NCBI GenBank assembly: GCA_018985225.1
Contig: JADGIF010000032.1
Coordinates: 24 to 32,023, forward strand
DNA length: 32,000 nt
Direction of reading: 5' to 3'
Source: Amoeboradix gromovi X-113
Taxonomy: Eukaryota; Fungi; Sanchytriomycota
Shown here: positions 29,990 through 32,000 of the stretch, piece by piece
How the letters are laid out: the number at the start of each line of letters is the position of its first letter
Position numbering within the stretch: the stretch's first letter is position 1
Program-made: the position numbers and the translations under genes
The notes under the pieces: model-generated
What the model saw: the letters and a program-made list of their open reading frames with translations, nothing else
Told to the model about the DNA's origin: nothing
The model's database searches: none

Positions 29990-30165
29990 TTAGGTTTAGT
30001 GGGATTCTCGTCTACTTATACTGAAAACGCCTTTTAGAGGCACATGTTTGTAATTTAGAGAATTCTATAATTTGAAAACTGCGCATGTGCACAGGAAACA
30101 TCTGGTTCATTACTCTCTCAAGCACAATGAAGTGCCATTGTTAATTCTCCTTTTTTAATACGACG

Positions 30166-30534
30166 ATGAGACAAGTTAGTGGCTGTGTTGCAGTTCATAA
30201 AAATAAGATTCTACTGATAACAGCTAGAAAGTCAAACCACTGGGTGCTACCTAAAGGGCAGATAGAGAACAGTGAGACACCAGAGAGTGCTGCATTAAGA
30301 GAATTGTACGAGGAAGCTGGCGTTCGTGCTACAATTGACTCTCATATCCTTGAAATGGTAATGGATAGGAAAAGCGGACAGCAAAATACTTTTTGGTATA
30401 TGTGTCATGTTGATGAAATTCTTGAGAAATGGCCTGAGCAAAATGAGAGAAAAAGACAATTTGTGTCAGTAGACGAAGCGAAGATAATTATCAAAAAAAC
30501 TTTATTACCAGTGCTCAATAAAGTCGTCATATAG
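30166..30534 (+). CDS. Nudix hydrolase, DIPP/Ddp1-like
   Basis: WVLPKG plus Nudix box GQIENSETPESAALRELYEEAGV; WPEQNERKRQFV. Confidence 0.88.
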   Translation: MRQVSGCVAVHKNKILLITARKSNHWVLPKGQIENSETPESAALRELYEEAGVRATIDSHILEMVMDRKSGQQNTFWYMCHVDEILEKWPEQNERKRQFVSVDEAKIIIKKTLLPVLNKVVI

Positions 30535-31345
30535 ATGCAAGATCTTCTCCAACTTTTACTGCTTTATTTATAATCTCAAATCTCTTTTTAGTGTTTTGGC
30601 TCTGTTTGGCCATTACAATGCAGCTACCCAAGGCAAACCGTCCTATCTCATCACCTTTATCATAGATCAACGGATCTATCTTGTGTAAATGGTTTACGGT
30701 GGACCTGTTGGTGTGCAACTTTGCATTATTTATCAAAATACTGCCAACATGCAGGGCACCAATAGCGGAGTACACGATTCTCAGGTTTGTGTCCATTGTA
30801 CTACCGTAGAGAATTATTCGTTCGTTTTCGCTAAATGGCTTTAAGGAAAATTGGAAATACCAAGGAGCAACAGGCTTAAGTGGACCCCTAAAGTGAAGTA
30901 TGCTGTCAAATTTGCAATCAACTGGAGCGTGAAACCGATGATAATCACCAGGTCCCAGGTATAAAATGTAGTAATCCCAAAAATCAAGATTGTTGTCCAG
31001 TTTCAGCACATCTTTCAGAGTCATACCACCAATGTCATCATTGACTTGGCAAGTTCCCTGCCAAAATAGCTGGCCATCGCAAGGTGAAGTAAAATTGCTG
31101 CCGAGAGAAATCGGAGTGCTTCTTTGTCTAGTAAAAAATTCGTAGAAATTGGGCGATTCAAGATCGGCGGGAACGATATCAGCAGCATAAGCCCTAGAAT
31201 ACAGACTTAGCAAATGGGGACGAATAAGCGGATAATTAGCTGTACTAATAGCTGCTAAAATCTTACTTGCGTAGTTGGAATAGTCATTGGGTAATGACAG
31301 CAGTAGCAATGAAGAAGTTATTGCTATTTTGGTGGTAGTTCTCAT
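30527..31345 (-). CDS. PSD1: Phosphatidylserine decarboxylase proenzyme (Psd1-like), compact
   Basis: EFFTR, SPCDG, YLGPGDYHRFHAP, ENER, IGALHVGSI, GDEIGRFALGSCIVM. Confidence 0.9.
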   Translation of the reverse strand: MRTTTKIAITSSLLLLSLPNDYSNYASKILAAISTANYPLIRPHLLSLYSRAYAADIVPADLESPNFYEFFTRQRSTPISLGSNFTSPCDGQLFWQGTCQVNDDIGGMTLKDVLKLDNNLDFWDYYILYLGPGDYHRFHAPVDCKFDSILHFRGPLKPVAPWYFQFSLKPFSENERIILYGSTMDTNLRIVYSAIGALHVGSILINNAKLHTNRSTVNHLHKIDPLIYDKGDEIGRFALGSCIVMAKQSQNTKKRFEIINKAVKVGEDLASI

Positions 31346-31602
31346 ATCAACGATCAAGTAGGAGAGTTTGGGACAAACTCAAATAATTGAAGAAAATATA
31401 ATATAAATATTTCAAATACTTTAATCAAGTCGTGCGGAAGTATCCCCTACCTTATTATCCATAGTTTAAGCGCCCACTTTTGCCAATTTCTCTTCTCTAG
31501 CGCAAGACTAAAGAATAAGCAAAAGCAATGTCTTTTAGCTACTGCATACCGTAGTTTGTTCTTAAGTAAGTTTTTTACTGTCAAGTCTCAAAATTTGAAG
31601 GG

Positions 31603-31949
31603 TGAATTCAGGTCTCTATCTCTCTCCAAACAATTGGTACAAGTGTAGCACCCCAAATTGGTGTTCTCCAGAGTATTGCAACTTGTACATGCATGATAAG
31701 TATCAAGATATCGCGTTGTTGCACACGCAAGACATACAAACTATTAAATAAATGGTTTACAGCCTTGTTTATCGCTGATATCGTTTGAGGACGGGTTCAA
31801 AGACATCTAATAGTTCCATGTCTGGACCAGTTCCTCAACGTTGATGAATGTATGCTGTACCTGTTAGTTATTTCTTTAGATCTGACATATTCGGCATTAC
31901 ATCCATTAATTCCATTAGAGGTATTGAAAAATGTAGAGAGTCATACAAA
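31603..31949 (-). mobile_element. Decayed IS607-like/Fanzor2 element, copy 3
   Basis: YVRSKEITNRYSIHSSTLRNWSRHGTIRCL (31889-31800) and CTSCNTLENTNLGCYTCTNCLERDRDLNS (31689-31603). DNA similarity to about 15049-15165. Confidence 0.82.
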
Positions 31950-32000
31950 TGGGATATCAAATATAAAAACTAGACTAACTTTCTGAAATAGTTTTGAATC
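31950..32000. mobile_element. Start of another MITE copy, truncated by the window edge
   Basis: TGGGATATCAAATATAAAAACTAGACTAACTTTCTGAAATAGTTT matches the reverse complement of about 5779-5823. Confidence 0.8.

Noticed and set aside
1-32000. CRISPR array, rRNA or prokaryotic operon
   Set aside because: Repeats are dispersed and inverted rather than regularly spaced, and the genes and introns are eukaryotic.

Overview
Gene-dense, AT-rich eukaryotic nuclear DNA in the standard code. Gene content and compaction suggest a reduced fungus-related opisthokont such as an early-diverging parasite; this is inference and no species can be named. There are about 24 protein genes: PTAR1-like, MyTH4-FERM, RPN6, p24, MED10, eIF2B-gamma, DLD2, Derlin, PGM, Kish, OAT, SRPR-alpha, Atg11/17-like, XPG, PGS1, SYS1, heme peroxidase, dehydrin-like, Nudix, PSD and several orphans, plus one tRNA-Leu(TAA). 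Highlights not visible in the ORF track: (1) six ultra-short 19-21 nt GT-AG introns with an invariant A at -6, which repair the apparently split genes; (2) a dispersed family of decayed, internally deleted IS607-like elements that retain a serine-recombinase HTH remnant, a TnpB/Fanzor2 zinc finger plus RuvC-III remnant and a conserved structured right end (candidate omegaRNA, predicted TAM ACAG/CAG); (3) a MITE-like family with (T)GGGACA termini; (4) a CTCC motif just upstream of about half of the start codons; (5) an unannotated 42-aa PIGBOS1-like microprotein; (6) a dehydrin with plant-type K and S segments. All family assignments come from motif recognition by eye; no searches were run.
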